Shown here: piece by piece, positions 40,915-50,048 of the stretch | How positions within the stretch are numbered: the stretch's first letter is position 1 | How the letters are laid out: the number at the start of each line of letters is the position of its first letter | Assembly (NCBI GenBank): GCA_014380135.1 | Contig: JACMKN010000093.1 | Location: forward strand, 1-58,564 | Source: Deltaproteobacteria bacterium | GTDB lineage: Bacteria > Desulfobacterota > Desulfuromonadia > Geobacterales > Pseudopelobacteraceae | Direction: 5' to 3' | DNA length: 58,564 bases | Program-made: the position numbers and the translations under genes | Notes under the pieces: generated by a model | The model's input: the letters and a program-made list of their open reading frames with translations, nothing else | Told to the model about the DNA's origin: nothing | The model's database searches: none

Positions 40915-41487
40915 TTATATCGTCATTCTTGTGATGTGCTGCCCCATGAATGCAATCATTGTGGAGAAAAAGACAGCAAATAGTATTGCAATGATTATAC
41001 TTATGATGACACCTAAAGAGATGACCCACTTATTCACCCCTCCCGTTTCCTCCAGCACTGGAATGTAATTCTGAGGTGATTGTATTGATCTGATTTCAAG
41101 GATCTTTCCTTTTACATGCCTGTAGTACAGATAGTTGCCGACCATTCCGATTCCGATATGCAGGAGAATATTGACTCCGGGTATACAGAAGACAATAAAT
41201 GTGATTACAGCTAAAGCATACATTTTCCTGTACAAGAACCAGATGAAAGTGAAACCGAAACAAGACCAGTTCCATGTTACACAGAACTTCTCTCTGCCTG
41301 AAATGGTAAATTTTGAGAAGCTTTGGATGTAGTAGTGGGCATTAGCTCCCACGAACGCACGAATTTCATCACTGCTGATGCTGTCAATGTTAATGGTATT
41401 GGCAGGATCAAGATTGATCATTGAACCGCAGTAGCGGCATTTTATCGCACCATCCTGGATAGTTTCCTTGCAATAAGGACAGATCAT
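40915..41487 (-). CDS. Zinc-ribbon plus DUF2628-like membrane protein
   Basis: N-terminal CPYC...CRYC ribbon, then a WNWSCFGFTFIWFLYRKMY motif and three or more TM segments. Lies in AT-rich DNA. Confidence 0.68.
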   Translation of the reverse strand: MICPYCKETIQDGAIKCRYCGSMINLDPANTINIDSISSDEIRAFVGANAHYYIQSFSKFTISGREKFCVTWNWSCFGFTFIWFLYRKMYALAVITFIVFCIPGVNILLHIGIGMVGNYLYYRHVKGKILEIRSIQSPQNYIPVLEETGGVNKWVISLGVIISIIIAILFAVFFSTMIAFMGQHITRMTI

Positions 41488-41818
41488 TTATAGAGAACTC
41501 CTTGTGTCAATAAGCCAGTGCCGACATCATTACAGCATTCCACCTTTAAATCCAAATCCATAATTGAAGCAGAGTGGAGTATGTGAATTTCGACTTCGGA
41601 AAGTAAATCATTGCCCACCTTAAAGCAATGACACAGGTATCATACCGTCTCACGGAAGCAAAACATGAAAAAACTCTTGCAGACAACCATTGCCAGACTA
41701 TATCGTAGCCACTTGGAAGTTTCAATGGAACAAGGGGGTCTTGAAAATGCCTCTATGATAAAAGTTTGTATGCATATTATATGAAAGCGAATACTGTTAA
41801 AAAGGAGAACTGTATATA

Positions 41819-42175
41819 ATGGCAAAGCGGATTTTGATTGCAGAAGACGATCTGGGCAGCAGAGAACTTTTAACAATACATGCAAAATCTCATGGGTATG
41901 AGGTTGTGGCTGTCACCGATGGGGTTGATCTGTTGACTACATCTGCTAGTGAACGATTCGATCTGATAATCACCGATTTGAAGATGAAGAATCTGGATGG
42001 AGCATCAGCCACAGAAGTCATGAAAATGCAAGGGAGCATGGTTCCGGTTATAGCTTTAACGGCACTTTCTCCGAGAGATATACATCTCGTTAAAGATAAA
42101 TTTAATAAAATATATTATAAACCTTGTGATTACAGAGATTTATTTGAGTATATAGAAACATTGATTGGAAAATAA
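41819..42175 (+). CDS. Stand-alone CheY-like receiver protein
   Basis: ILIAEDD, phospho-acceptor context LIITDLKM, ALTA and YYKP. 118 aa with no output domain. AGGAG RBS. Confidence 0.85.
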   Translation: MAKRILIAEDDLGSRELLTIHAKSHGYEVVAVTDGVDLLTTSASERFDLIITDLKMKNLDGASATEVMKMQGSMVPVIALTALSPRDIHLVKDKFNKIYYKPCDYRDLFEYIETLIGK

Positions 42176-42277
42176 AAAAGGTGAATCAGGCCTTACTGCT
42201 ACATTCAGCAGTTTGAGCCCGGAAGACAACAGATTGCATTCTCAATGTGCAAGCGGATGAACAAGGGGAATAGCCGG

Positions 42278-42463
42278 TTAATCTTTCCAGTAGGCGATTG
42301 CAGGCCGGATCGTCAGCAGGATTGCTGCAACAAGAATAATCCACAAATATGGCCTAACGTAAACATTAAAGTAAGCACCAGCCACCATACCGAAGAGAAA
42401 ACAACACCACTTCAGCAGACTAATATCCCACCAGTTCCATACTTTGGTTTTGAGCAGTTTCAT
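42278..42463 (-). CDS. Small two-TM membrane protein
   Basis: MKLLKTKVWNWWDISLLKW... with two hydrophobic helices. I chose the internal ATG at 42463; the ORF-track start at 42523 is a TTG. Confidence 0.45.
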   Translation of the reverse strand: MKLLKTKVWNWWDISLLKWCCFLFGMVAGAYFNVYVRPYLWIILVAAILLTIRPAIAYWKD

Positions 42464-42789
42464 ACTCTCACCCCTGTTCACATTATAAACCAAATGCATA
42501 CAGGGGCAATGGCTTAAGGCCAAAAGCCCCAGTCGATATGTACAAAATACTCATTGGAGGATAGCCCAATGGATAAACCGTTTTACGGCCACTGGAATGA
42601 TTCCGGCTATTACGATTTCATCACAATGTCCGATGATGACATTCAACAGAATGCATTGGTTTCGTCATCGCTTTGTGTCGCTTAATTTGTTATAAACAGC
42701 TTCAAGACATGCGCGCTTACAGGTTGAGCAAAAATATAATGATTTACCTTTCAGCTTTGTAGTCAGGGAGATATCAGTCGGAGGTAAAA

Positions 42790-45700
42790 ATGAAGCTCGG
42801 CTTGAAAGACGGGAAGGCAAGCATCAAGACCAAGGTAGCAGTTGTCACCTTCCTCACGGTTTCCATCCTGGTTATCGCCGTTTCCGCTACCCTGTTTTCA
42901 TATTTCCACACCCTTCTGAAGGAAAGTATCTTCAGGCAGCAGTTCATGCTGGTTTCCGAGATTGCCGCGCAGCTGAACGGCCGCATCGAACTTGCCCGTC
43001 ATCAGCTGTCTCTGGCGGCGACCGACATCAACAGCCAGGTTCTGGCCGACCCCCAAAAAATACAGCAAGTTCTTACACATGCGAGTCCCGCCCAGATGAT
43101 CTTTGACGCCGGCTTTCTGGTGATCGGAACCGATGGGCGGGTCATTGCCGAAAACATGGGCAATGCAGAAGTGCTGGGCATTGATCTCGCTTTCCGGGAT
43201 TACGTACGCGAACCGTTGCGAACAGGTGCGCCCTACATATCGGCGCCATTCAGCATGAGCATACCCCCCCACACCCCCATGATCGCGATGGTCGTACCGG
43301 TAAGGGATAACAGTGACCGGATCATCTGCCTGCTGGCGGGATATCATACCCTCGGCGCCGATCAGTTTCTGACCAGCCTGTCATCGGAACGAATTGGAAC
43401 ATCCGGTTACCTGTATCTGCTGCACGGACGGACCCTGCTGATGCACCCCGACAGCAAGCGGATACTGGAACGGATACCGGCAGGAGTAAATCCCGGTATT
43501 GACAAGGCCTTGCAGGGCTTCGAAGGCTCTCTGGACAATGTCAATTCCAAGGGTCAGCGCATGGTAAGTTCGTTCAAGAAAGTCGGCCGGACCGGCTGGA
43601 TTCTGGCAGCCAATATCCCCTACGAGGATGCCTTTCGACCGCTCAATAAAGTGTTCCTGAATGCAATTGCAATTTCAATATTCGGTATTGTGCTGTCGAT
43701 TGTGGTTGTCTGGTACGTCACCCGTCGTCTGACACTTCCCATACGGAAACTAACCGCACACGTTGACTCCGCCAATGCTGGAGCAAACGAATGGCAGCCG
43801 ATCGAACTGGCGACCGGTGACGAAATTGGAAGGCTGGCCCTCGCCTTCAACACCTTGATGAAAGAAGTGCATGACGCCAAACAGGCGCTCAAGGACGAGA
43901 AAAACTTTTACAGCGGCATCATTCAGAATTCCGCCGCACCGATGTTTGTCATTGACCGCAATCACAAGATAATCTTCTGGAACAGTGCGCTGGCCAAATT
44001 GACCGGCAACAGCTCATTTCAGATGACCGGCACCCGCCAGCAATGGACACCCTTCTATCCGTCGAAACGGCCGGTCCTTGCCGATCTTGTCATAGATCAC
44101 ACGCTGGAACGTGTAAATGAGCTTTATTCCAATCATTCAACTTCGCTGTTTGTTGAAGGATCTCTGCGTGCGGAGGGGTGGTACGAACACCTTGGAGGCA
44201 AACGGCGCTACATTTTTTTTGAAGCGGCTCCGATCAGAAACAGCAACAACGAGATTGTCGCGGCGGTAGAAACCCTGGAGGACATAACTGATCGACGACT
44301 GCTGGAGGAGTCGCTCGCCCGTCTGACCCGCGCTGTGGAGCAGAGTCCGGCCACCATCGTCATCACCGATATGGATGGCATCATCGAATACGTCAACCCC
44401 AAGTTCTGCCAGACCACCGGCTACACAGCCGAAGAAGCCATCGGCCAGCACACACCCGTACTCGTGACCGGCGAAATGTCGGCCGATGATTATGCCGAAT
44501 TGTGTAAGACTATTTCCTGCGGAAAGGAGTGGCGCGGCGAATTTCACAACAAACGCAAGGACGGCACACTCTACTGGGAATTTGCCTCCATCTCGCCCCT
44601 GTACGACCAAGATGGACGCATCATCGGCTATCTGGCGGTCAAGGAAGATATTACCGAACGCAAAGCGGTAGAGGCCGAACTGGCTCAGAACCGCCTGGAT
44701 CTGGAAGCCAAGCATGTCGAACTGGGCCAGCTCTTCGAACAGGTGGCGCATGGCAAGCTGGAGTGGGAGCAGACCCTGGATCACCTGCATGATTTCGTGA
44801 TCCTGACCGACGCCGAGCACCGGATCCGACGCTGTAACAAACTGCTGTCCGACATTACCTGCCGTCCGGTCAAAGAGCTGATCGGTCTGGACTGGCGTGA
44901 GCTGCTGGCCGAGTCCGGATTGCGCTTTGTAAACTTCAACGGCACCAGCGGCGAAATCTTTCACCAAAGCTCGGGCCGCTCCTACGACATCAATATTTAT
45001 CAGATCAAGGACAGTGGTCTGGTGACGGCTCATGTGGTTTCGATCAATGATACGACTGACCTGCGCGCGACCACCCTGGAACTGCAGAAGGCCTATGCCG
45101 AGCTGAAGGAAGCCCAGATGCAGGTATTTCAGCAGGAGAAGATGGCCTCCATCGGCCAGCTGGCTGCCGGCGTGGCGCACGAGATCAACAATCCGATGGG
45201 CTTTATATCCAGCAACCTCTCAACTCTCACAAAATACGTTGACCGCCTGGCTGAATTCATCAGCGCCGGCGACCAGACACTTGCGGAATGCACTGACAAC
45301 CCTGGTGCCAAGGCACTTAAGGAAACCCGCAAACGGCTCAAGATCGATTACATCATGGAGGATGCCCGCCAGCTGATTATTGAGAGTCAGGACGGCGCCG
45401 GGCGGGTGCGCCGCATCGTGCAGGATCTGAAAAGCTTTTCAAGGGTCGATCAGGCTGAAAGCGCTCTGGTGAATTTGAACGAGGCGCTGGAAACCACCAT
45501 CAATATCGCCTGGAACGAGATCAAGTACGTCGCCACCCTGAACCGCGAATTCGGCGACATCCCGCAGGTTACCTGTTACCCCCAGCAGGTCAACCAGGTC
45601 TTTCTCAACCTGCTGGTCAACGCCGCCCACGCCATCGGAGAGAATCAGGGAATCATCACCGTCCGCACCTGGGGCGAGGAAGAGAATGTATTTGTCTCGG

Positions 45701-45933
45701 TAACTGATACCGGTTGCGGCATCCCGAAAGAAATACAGCAGCGCATTTTCGAGCCGTTCTTCACCACCAAGGAGGTTGGTAAAGGCACCGGGCTGGGGCT
45801 TTCCATCAGCTATGACATCATTTGCAAGCATGGTGGCGAGATAACCGTGGAGAGCGAGGTTGGATCAGGATCGACCTTTACAGTCCGTCTGCCCCTGAAA
45901 CCGCCGCAGCAGGTTGCGGAAATGAAGTCATGA
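42790..45933 (+). CDS. Sensor histidine kinase (TM, Cache-like periplasmic domain, TM, HAMP, multiple PAS, HisKA, HATPase)
   Basis: Two TM segments bracket a periplasmic region of about 270 aa. HAMP (IRKLTAHV...), PAS repeats, H-box [15 protein letters not shown], and G-boxes DTGCGI and [17 protein letters not shown]. Confidence 0.93.
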   Translation: MKLGLKDGKASIKTKVAVVTFLTVSILVIAVSATLFSYFHTLLKESIFRQQFMLVSEIAAQLNGRIELARHQLSLAATDINSQVLADPQKIQQVLTHASPAQMIFDAGFLVIGTDGRVIAENMGNAEVLGIDLAFRDYVREPLRTGAPYISAPFSMSIPPHTPMIAMVVPVRDNSDRIICLLAGYHTLGADQFLTSLSSERIGTSGYLYLLHGRTLLMHPDSKRILERIPAGVNPGIDKALQGFEGSLDNVNSKGQRMVSSFKKVGRTGWILAANIPYEDAFRPLNKVFLNAIAISIFGIVLSIVVVWYVTRRLTLPIRKLTAHVDSANAGANEWQPIELATGDEIGRLALAFNTLMKEVHDAKQALKDEKNFYSGIIQNSAAPMFVIDRNHKIIFWNSALAKLTGNSSFQMTGTRQQWTPFYPSKRPVLADLVIDHTLERVNELYSNHSTSLFVEGSLRAEGWYEHLGGKRRYIFFEAAPIRNSNNEIVAAVETLEDITDRRLLEESLARLTRAVEQSPATIVITDMDGIIEYVNPKFCQTTGYTAEEAIGQHTPVLVTGEMSADDYAELCKTISCGKEWRGEFHNKRKDGTLYWEFASISPLYDQDGRIIGYLAVKEDITERKAVEAELAQNRLDLEAKHVELGQLFEQVAHGKLEWEQTLDHLHDFVILTDAEHRIRRCNKLLSDITCRPVKELIGLDWRELLAESGLRFVNFNGTSGEIFHQSSGRSYDINIYQIKDSGLVTAHVVSINDTTDLRATTLELQKAYAELKEAQMQVFQQEKMASIGQLAAGVAHEINNPMGFISSNLSTLTKYVDRLAEFISAGDQTLAECTDNPGAKALKETRKRLKIDYIMEDARQLIIESQDGAGRVRRIVQDLKSFSRVDQAESALVNLNEALETTINIAWNEIKYVATLNREFGDIPQVTCYPQQVNQVFLNLLVNAAHAIGENQGIITVRTWGEEENVFVSVTDTGCGIPKEIQQRIFEPFFTTKEVGKGTGLGLSISYDIICKHGGEITVESEVGSGSTFTVRLPLKPPQQVAEMKS

Positions 45934-46006
45934 GCAACAGAGCTTATGAGGATGACGGCCGGGCACTGCAACTACTGAAAACAGCGCTTCACCAAGGGGG
46001 TACATC

Positions 46007-46807
46007 ATGAACGAATGCTCCGAGCAGATAAAAATACTTTGTGTCGATGACGAGAGAAACGTCCTGCGGGCGCTGGAGAGGATTTTCCTGGATGACGACT
46101 ACGAAATAGTGATTGCCGGTTCGGGCGATGAGGGTTTGAAGATCATGGAAGAGGACGGCCCCTTCCAGGTGGTCGTCTCCGACTATCGCATGCCGGTCAT
46201 GAACGGCGTCGAGTTCCTCAGGGCGGTCTATGAACGCTGGCCCCATACGGTGCGCATCGTTCTTTCCGGTTATGCCGATGCCGGTACCATTGTGGCGGCC
46301 ATTAACGAGGGGCACATCTACAAGTTCATCCCCAAACCCTGGAACGATGACGAACTGCGGGTTACCATCCAGAACTGTCTGGAGCGTTATTTTCTGTTGA
46401 AAAGAAATCATGAACTGCTGGAACAACTTGCCATCGCCAACCAGGCCCTGGAAGAAAAGGTGCTGCAGCGCACGGAACAGTTGGAGATACGCAACAGGGT
46501 ACTGGAATTTTCCCAGGGTATTCTGGGAACATTGCCGGTGGGAGTGGTAGGGATAGATGATTCGGGCATGATCGCACTCTGCAATACCCTGGCCATATCA
46601 ATACTCAGTGAAGAATGTGACACCATTCTTGGGGGAGATGTGAACATGTGCTGCACAGAGGAGTTTATATTGCTGGTTCGCCAGATTCGTGAACAAAAAA
46701 AACTGGACACAACCATTCAACTGAACGATAAAGCGTGGCGGGTAATGGGCTCTCTGGTTTCCATAAATAACTGTGAAGCCGCCGTAGCGGTTTTTCTGGA
46801 GGTCTGA
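46007..46807 (+). CDS. Response regulator: receiver, coiled coil, and an unassigned (PAS-like?) C-terminal domain
   Basis: ILCVDDE, VVVSDYRMPVMNG and FIPKPWNDDEL. The C-terminal 130 aa or so has no motif I can name beyond LPVGVVGIDDSGMI. Confidence 0.88.
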   Translation: MNECSEQIKILCVDDERNVLRALERIFLDDDYEIVIAGSGDEGLKIMEEDGPFQVVVSDYRMPVMNGVEFLRAVYERWPHTVRIVLSGYADAGTIVAAINEGHIYKFIPKPWNDDELRVTIQNCLERYFLLKRNHELLEQLAIANQALEEKVLQRTEQLEIRNRVLEFSQGILGTLPVGVVGIDDSGMIALCNTLAISILSEECDTILGGDVNMCCTEEFILLVRQIREQKKLDTTIQLNDKAWRVMGSLVSINNCEAAVAVFLEV

Positions 46808-46809
46808 AC

Positions 46810-48099
46810 ATGCGAACCGTTCTTTTTGTTGATGACGAGGAGAATATCCTGAGGGCGCTGCAGCGGCTGCTGATGGATGAAGACTTCACCATCGAGATTG
46901 CCACATCGGGCGAAGCCGGGCTGGAAAAGCTGCGGACCCTTGAGGACGTGGGGCTGATTGTCTCCGACCAGCGCATGCCCGGCATGAACGGAGCCGAATT
47001 TCTGGGGCGTTCACAGGTGTTCGCCCCCTTTGCCCAGCGCATCCTGCTGACCGGATATTCGGACATCAACGCCACCATCGACGCTATCAACAAGGGCGGT
47101 GCCGGACGCTACATCTCCAAGCCCTGGGATGATGAGGAGCTGGTCAAGGCGATACGCGAGGCCCTGGAACTCTATGAACAGGGAACTGAAAAACGGCGTC
47201 TGAACGAGATCATCAACCGGCAGAAACAGGAGCTGGAGGAGTGGAACGAAAACCTGAAGAAACGGCTGCTGCAGAGCACTGCCACCATCCGGGAGCAGAG
47301 CCAGGCCATAAAGAGCCTGGATGAGCGGGCTCCGGCGGCTATTCTCAGTCGGACCTTTGATAATTTTTTTGAAGTCATGGGGGACCGTAATGCGGTCCAC
47401 GCCCGCACGGTCAGCATCCTGGTCACCGATGTGGCCCGCAAGATGGGGCTTGGCGGTGAGGCCGTCGCTACATTGAAACTTGCGGCGCTTCTGCATGATG
47501 CCGGAAAGTTCGGCAGCCCGAATGCCGGCCTTAGCAAGCGCCTGGAGGAGATGTCCGAGAGCGAGGCTCGCGAGTACCGCCAGCATTCACTGCGCGGTGA
47601 AGAGATGTTTCAGCAGGTTGAGGAATTGTCCGCAATCCTGCCGCTGATTCGCCACCATCATGAAGCCTTTGACGGCAGTGGTTTCCCGGATGGCTTGCAG
47701 GGCGACGCGATCCCCTTGGGAGCCCGCCTGATCACGATAGCCGATTTTATCGAAAAATCAGCTCGTTCGGTGGAACAGAGTCGTGCCGACTATGCTCTGA
47801 TGAATACCCGTTACCATGCCGGAACTCTGCTCGATCCGCAGCTGATTACAAAGTTTCAGGGAATTGTGCGGATTGTGTATTTTGAGGGCCGCAAAGCCGG
47901 TTCGGTAGCTGAGGTCGAAGTCGGACATATGGACCTGGTGCCCGGCATGACTATTGCCCGTGATGTGGAAAGCGGCAGCGGCGTGCTGCTGATGCAGCGC
48001 GGCAGTGTGCTGGATCCGGCCGGGGTAGCCCTGATCCGCAGTCAGTACCGCAAGAACCCGCCCACCCACGGTGTCTTTGTTCAGGTTGTGGAGGACTGA
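46810..48099 (+). CDS. Response regulator with HD-GYP domain (RpfG-like c-di-GMP phosphodiesterase)
   Basis: LFVDDE, LIVSDQRMPGMNG, ISKPWDDEEL, then LHDAGK and HHHEAFDGSGFPDGL. Confidence 0.92.
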   Translation: MRTVLFVDDEENILRALQRLLMDEDFTIEIATSGEAGLEKLRTLEDVGLIVSDQRMPGMNGAEFLGRSQVFAPFAQRILLTGYSDINATIDAINKGGAGRYISKPWDDEELVKAIREALELYEQGTEKRRLNEIINRQKQELEEWNENLKKRLLQSTATIREQSQAIKSLDERAPAAILSRTFDNFFEVMGDRNAVHARTVSILVTDVARKMGLGGEAVATLKLAALLHDAGKFGSPNAGLSKRLEEMSESEAREYRQHSLRGEEMFQQVEELSAILPLIRHHHEAFDGSGFPDGLQGDAIPLGARLITIADFIEKSARSVEQSRADYALMNTRYHAGTLLDPQLITKFQGIVRIVYFEGRKAGSVAEVEVGHMDLVPGMTIARDVESGSGVLLMQRGSVLDPAGVALIRSQYRKNPPTHGVFVQVVED

Positions 48100-48238
48100 C
48101 GAATTCCATGATCGAATTTGACCAACAGCAGCAACGAATGGTGCTCAAGATGTCGCGTATGAAATATCCCCCGGAATGTGGGCGTGTCTGCTGAAGGAGT
48201 TGCGCTGAGAGGCGTTTAAACAACAAAGGAGCGTTGTC

Positions 48239-48799
48239 ATGATTAGCAAAATTCTGTTGGTTGATGATGAAACCAATGTGCTGTCAGCCTTGAAGCGGGC
48301 ACTCTTTGACGAACCGCTGGAAATAGTGACTTCGACAAGCGCGGAAGAGGCGCTTGATATCATGCTGGAGCAGCAATTCAAGGTTGTCGTCTCCGACGAG
48401 CGCATGACCGGTATGCAGGGCTCCGAGTTTCTGGCACTGGTACATGAACAATATCCCGACACGGTTCGCATCCTGCTGACCGGTCACGCCACCCTTGAGG
48501 CCGCCATGAAAGCGGTCAATGAAGGAGAAATCTACCGTTTTTTCTCCAAGCCCTGGAATGACAATGACCTGAGGTTTGCCCTTCGCTCGGCCATCGAAAA
48601 GTTCGACCTGGAAGCGGAGAACCGACGACTGCTGGCGGCCGTCAGACAGCAGTCGCTGGAAATCAAGGTTCTGGAAAAACGCTATCCCGGCATAACCAGG
48701 GTCGAGAAGGACAGTCATGGCGTATTTGTATTGCCGGATATAACAGCGGATGAGATTCAGGGCATGCTTACGGAATGCGAGATGGAAGTTAAGCGTTGA
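48239..48799 (+). CDS. Response regulator: receiver plus a short unassigned C-terminal tail
   Basis: ILLVDDE, VVVSDERMTGMQG and FSKPWNDNDL, followed by a tail of about 60 aa. Confidence 0.88.
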   Translation: MISKILLVDDETNVLSALKRALFDEPLEIVTSTSAEEALDIMLEQQFKVVVSDERMTGMQGSEFLALVHEQYPDTVRILLTGHATLEAAMKAVNEGEIYRFFSKPWNDNDLRFALRSAIEKFDLEAENRRLLAAVRQQSLEIKVLEKRYPGITRVEKDSHGVFVLPDITADEIQGMLTECEMEVKR

Positions 48800-48862
48800 A
48801 TTCCCTGATTGTTATGATAGCCGACGACTGGAATCACTAGAACAGCTAAAAAGGGAGCATAG

Positions 48863-49066
48863 ATGCAGATAACAACACCATTCATAAAACTGGACAGTTT
48901 TCTCAAGGGCGAAAATGCCGTATCTTCGGGCGGCGAGGCCAAGGTGATCATCGCAGAAGGGTACGTTTCGGTTAACGGCGAGGTGGAGATGCGCCGTGGC
49001 CGCAAGCTTTATCCCGGCGATAAGGTGGTATACGGCAGAAAAAGTTTTACGGTGGAGGCTGGGTGA
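48863..49066 (+). CDS. S4-domain RNA-binding protein (YbcJ-like)
   Basis: 67 aa. IKLDSFLK...GGEAKVIIAEGYVSVNGEVEMRRGRKLYPGDKV is an S4-like alpha-L motif. Confidence 0.8.
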   Translation: MQITTPFIKLDSFLKGENAVSSGGEAKVIIAEGYVSVNGEVEMRRGRKLYPGDKVVYGRKSFTVEAG

Positions 49067-49959
49067 GCCGCCTTCGATTTTTTGTTTTCTGGTTACTGTT
49101 CGCTGCATCCTGTCTGTGCAGCTGGCCGGTGCTGGCCGCCTATGACCTGGAAGTGCCTGTAGATCCGTTGAACGAGTACCGCATGCTGTTCAAAGCTTAT
49201 TCCAAACACCTGCTGGCTTCCTATGACCGGGCCTTTGTCGATGACTACGAGGGGGCTGTTCGCGAGGTTGATAAAGCGATTAAGCTGCTGCCCGAAGAAG
49301 GGATCGCTTATGCCGAACGGGGAAAATATTACCGGATGCTTAACAATTCAACGCTGGCTGAAGGCGATTTCAATAAAGCGCTGCTGTTATTCGAGCGGGC
49401 GATTGAACGCTATCGTCCCGCTGGAGGGAAGAAAACCAGCAAGAACGGCGGCCGCAAGGTCGATCCGGCCGAGGCAGCGCGCCTGATCACGACCTTGCGC
49501 TACCAGCGTGGCGAATGCTATTTCAGCTTCGAGAAATATCGTCAGGCGACCGATGATTTTGGAGCTGCCTGCCAGGGGGGCAACAGCATGGCCTGTTCGC
49601 GGATCCGGGATATCAGGGCCATCGAAAAACGGGGTACGCATTGGGTGCCGATTTCTGCTCTGCAGTTTTATGACCGTCAGAGGATTGAACGCCCCGACAG
49701 CCATGTCGTACGTGCCTGGCTGCGCCGGGAAGATGCACAGCCGCTGCAGGCCGAGTCCGGAGCTGAAAATTTCATTCAGCAGCATCTGGAATTAAACTGC
49801 TCTACCCGCGAATCTCGCCTGCTGGAGGCGTTTGCCTCATCGGCAGGTGGACAGTCCGCTTCACAAAAAGCGGCCGGTCCGGTCTTTGCCAAGCCGTCGC
49901 CGGGCAGCGCTCCCGCCAAGTTGCTGATACTCCTCTGCACGCGTCCACCCCTCAAATGA
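49063..49959 (+). CDS. Secreted TPR-like protein of unknown function
   Basis: GTG start overlapping the S4 gene stop (GTGA). Signal peptide FFVFWLLFAASCLCSWPVLAA, then TPR-like helices (AIKLLPEEGIAYAERGKYY). Confidence 0.62.
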   Translation: MSRLRFFVFWLLFAASCLCSWPVLAAYDLEVPVDPLNEYRMLFKAYSKHLLASYDRAFVDDYEGAVREVDKAIKLLPEEGIAYAERGKYYRMLNNSTLAEGDFNKALLLFERAIERYRPAGGKKTSKNGGRKVDPAEAARLITTLRYQRGECYFSFEKYRQATDDFGAACQGGNSMACSRIRDIRAIEKRGTHWVPISALQFYDRQRIERPDSHVVRAWLRREDAQPLQAESGAENFIQQHLELNCSTRESRLLEAFASSAGGQSASQKAAGPVFAKPSPGSAPAKLLILLCTRPPLK

Positions 49960-50048
49960 TTTGACTTCTATGGTCGTTAAAATTACTATGTGACCCCTTT
50001 GCTGACTAAATTCCAATCGTTTTCGGACGCATTCATAGGAGAATGACA

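Noticed and set aside
41640-41885. An 81-aa minus-strand ORF overlapping the start of the orphan receiver gene.
   Set aside because: It overlaps the well-supported receiver start and RBS, has no RBS of its own, and its composition reflects AT-rich non-coding DNA.
42690-42789. A possible direct repeat marking the right end of the tRNA-Ser islet. TTGTAGT occurs both at 40763-40769 and near 42760.
   Set aside because: Only a 7-mer is shared, it is not part of the tRNA 3' end, and it is expected by chance in AT-rich DNA. No credible attL/attR pair was found.
48108-48194. A 28-codon ORF (MIEFDQQQQRMVLKMSRMKYPPECGRVC) in the spacer between the HD-GYP regulator and the third regulator.
   Set aside because: There is no convincing RBS at proper spacing, no recognisable motif, and the sequence is short and low-complexity. 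It is more likely a promoter or spacer region.
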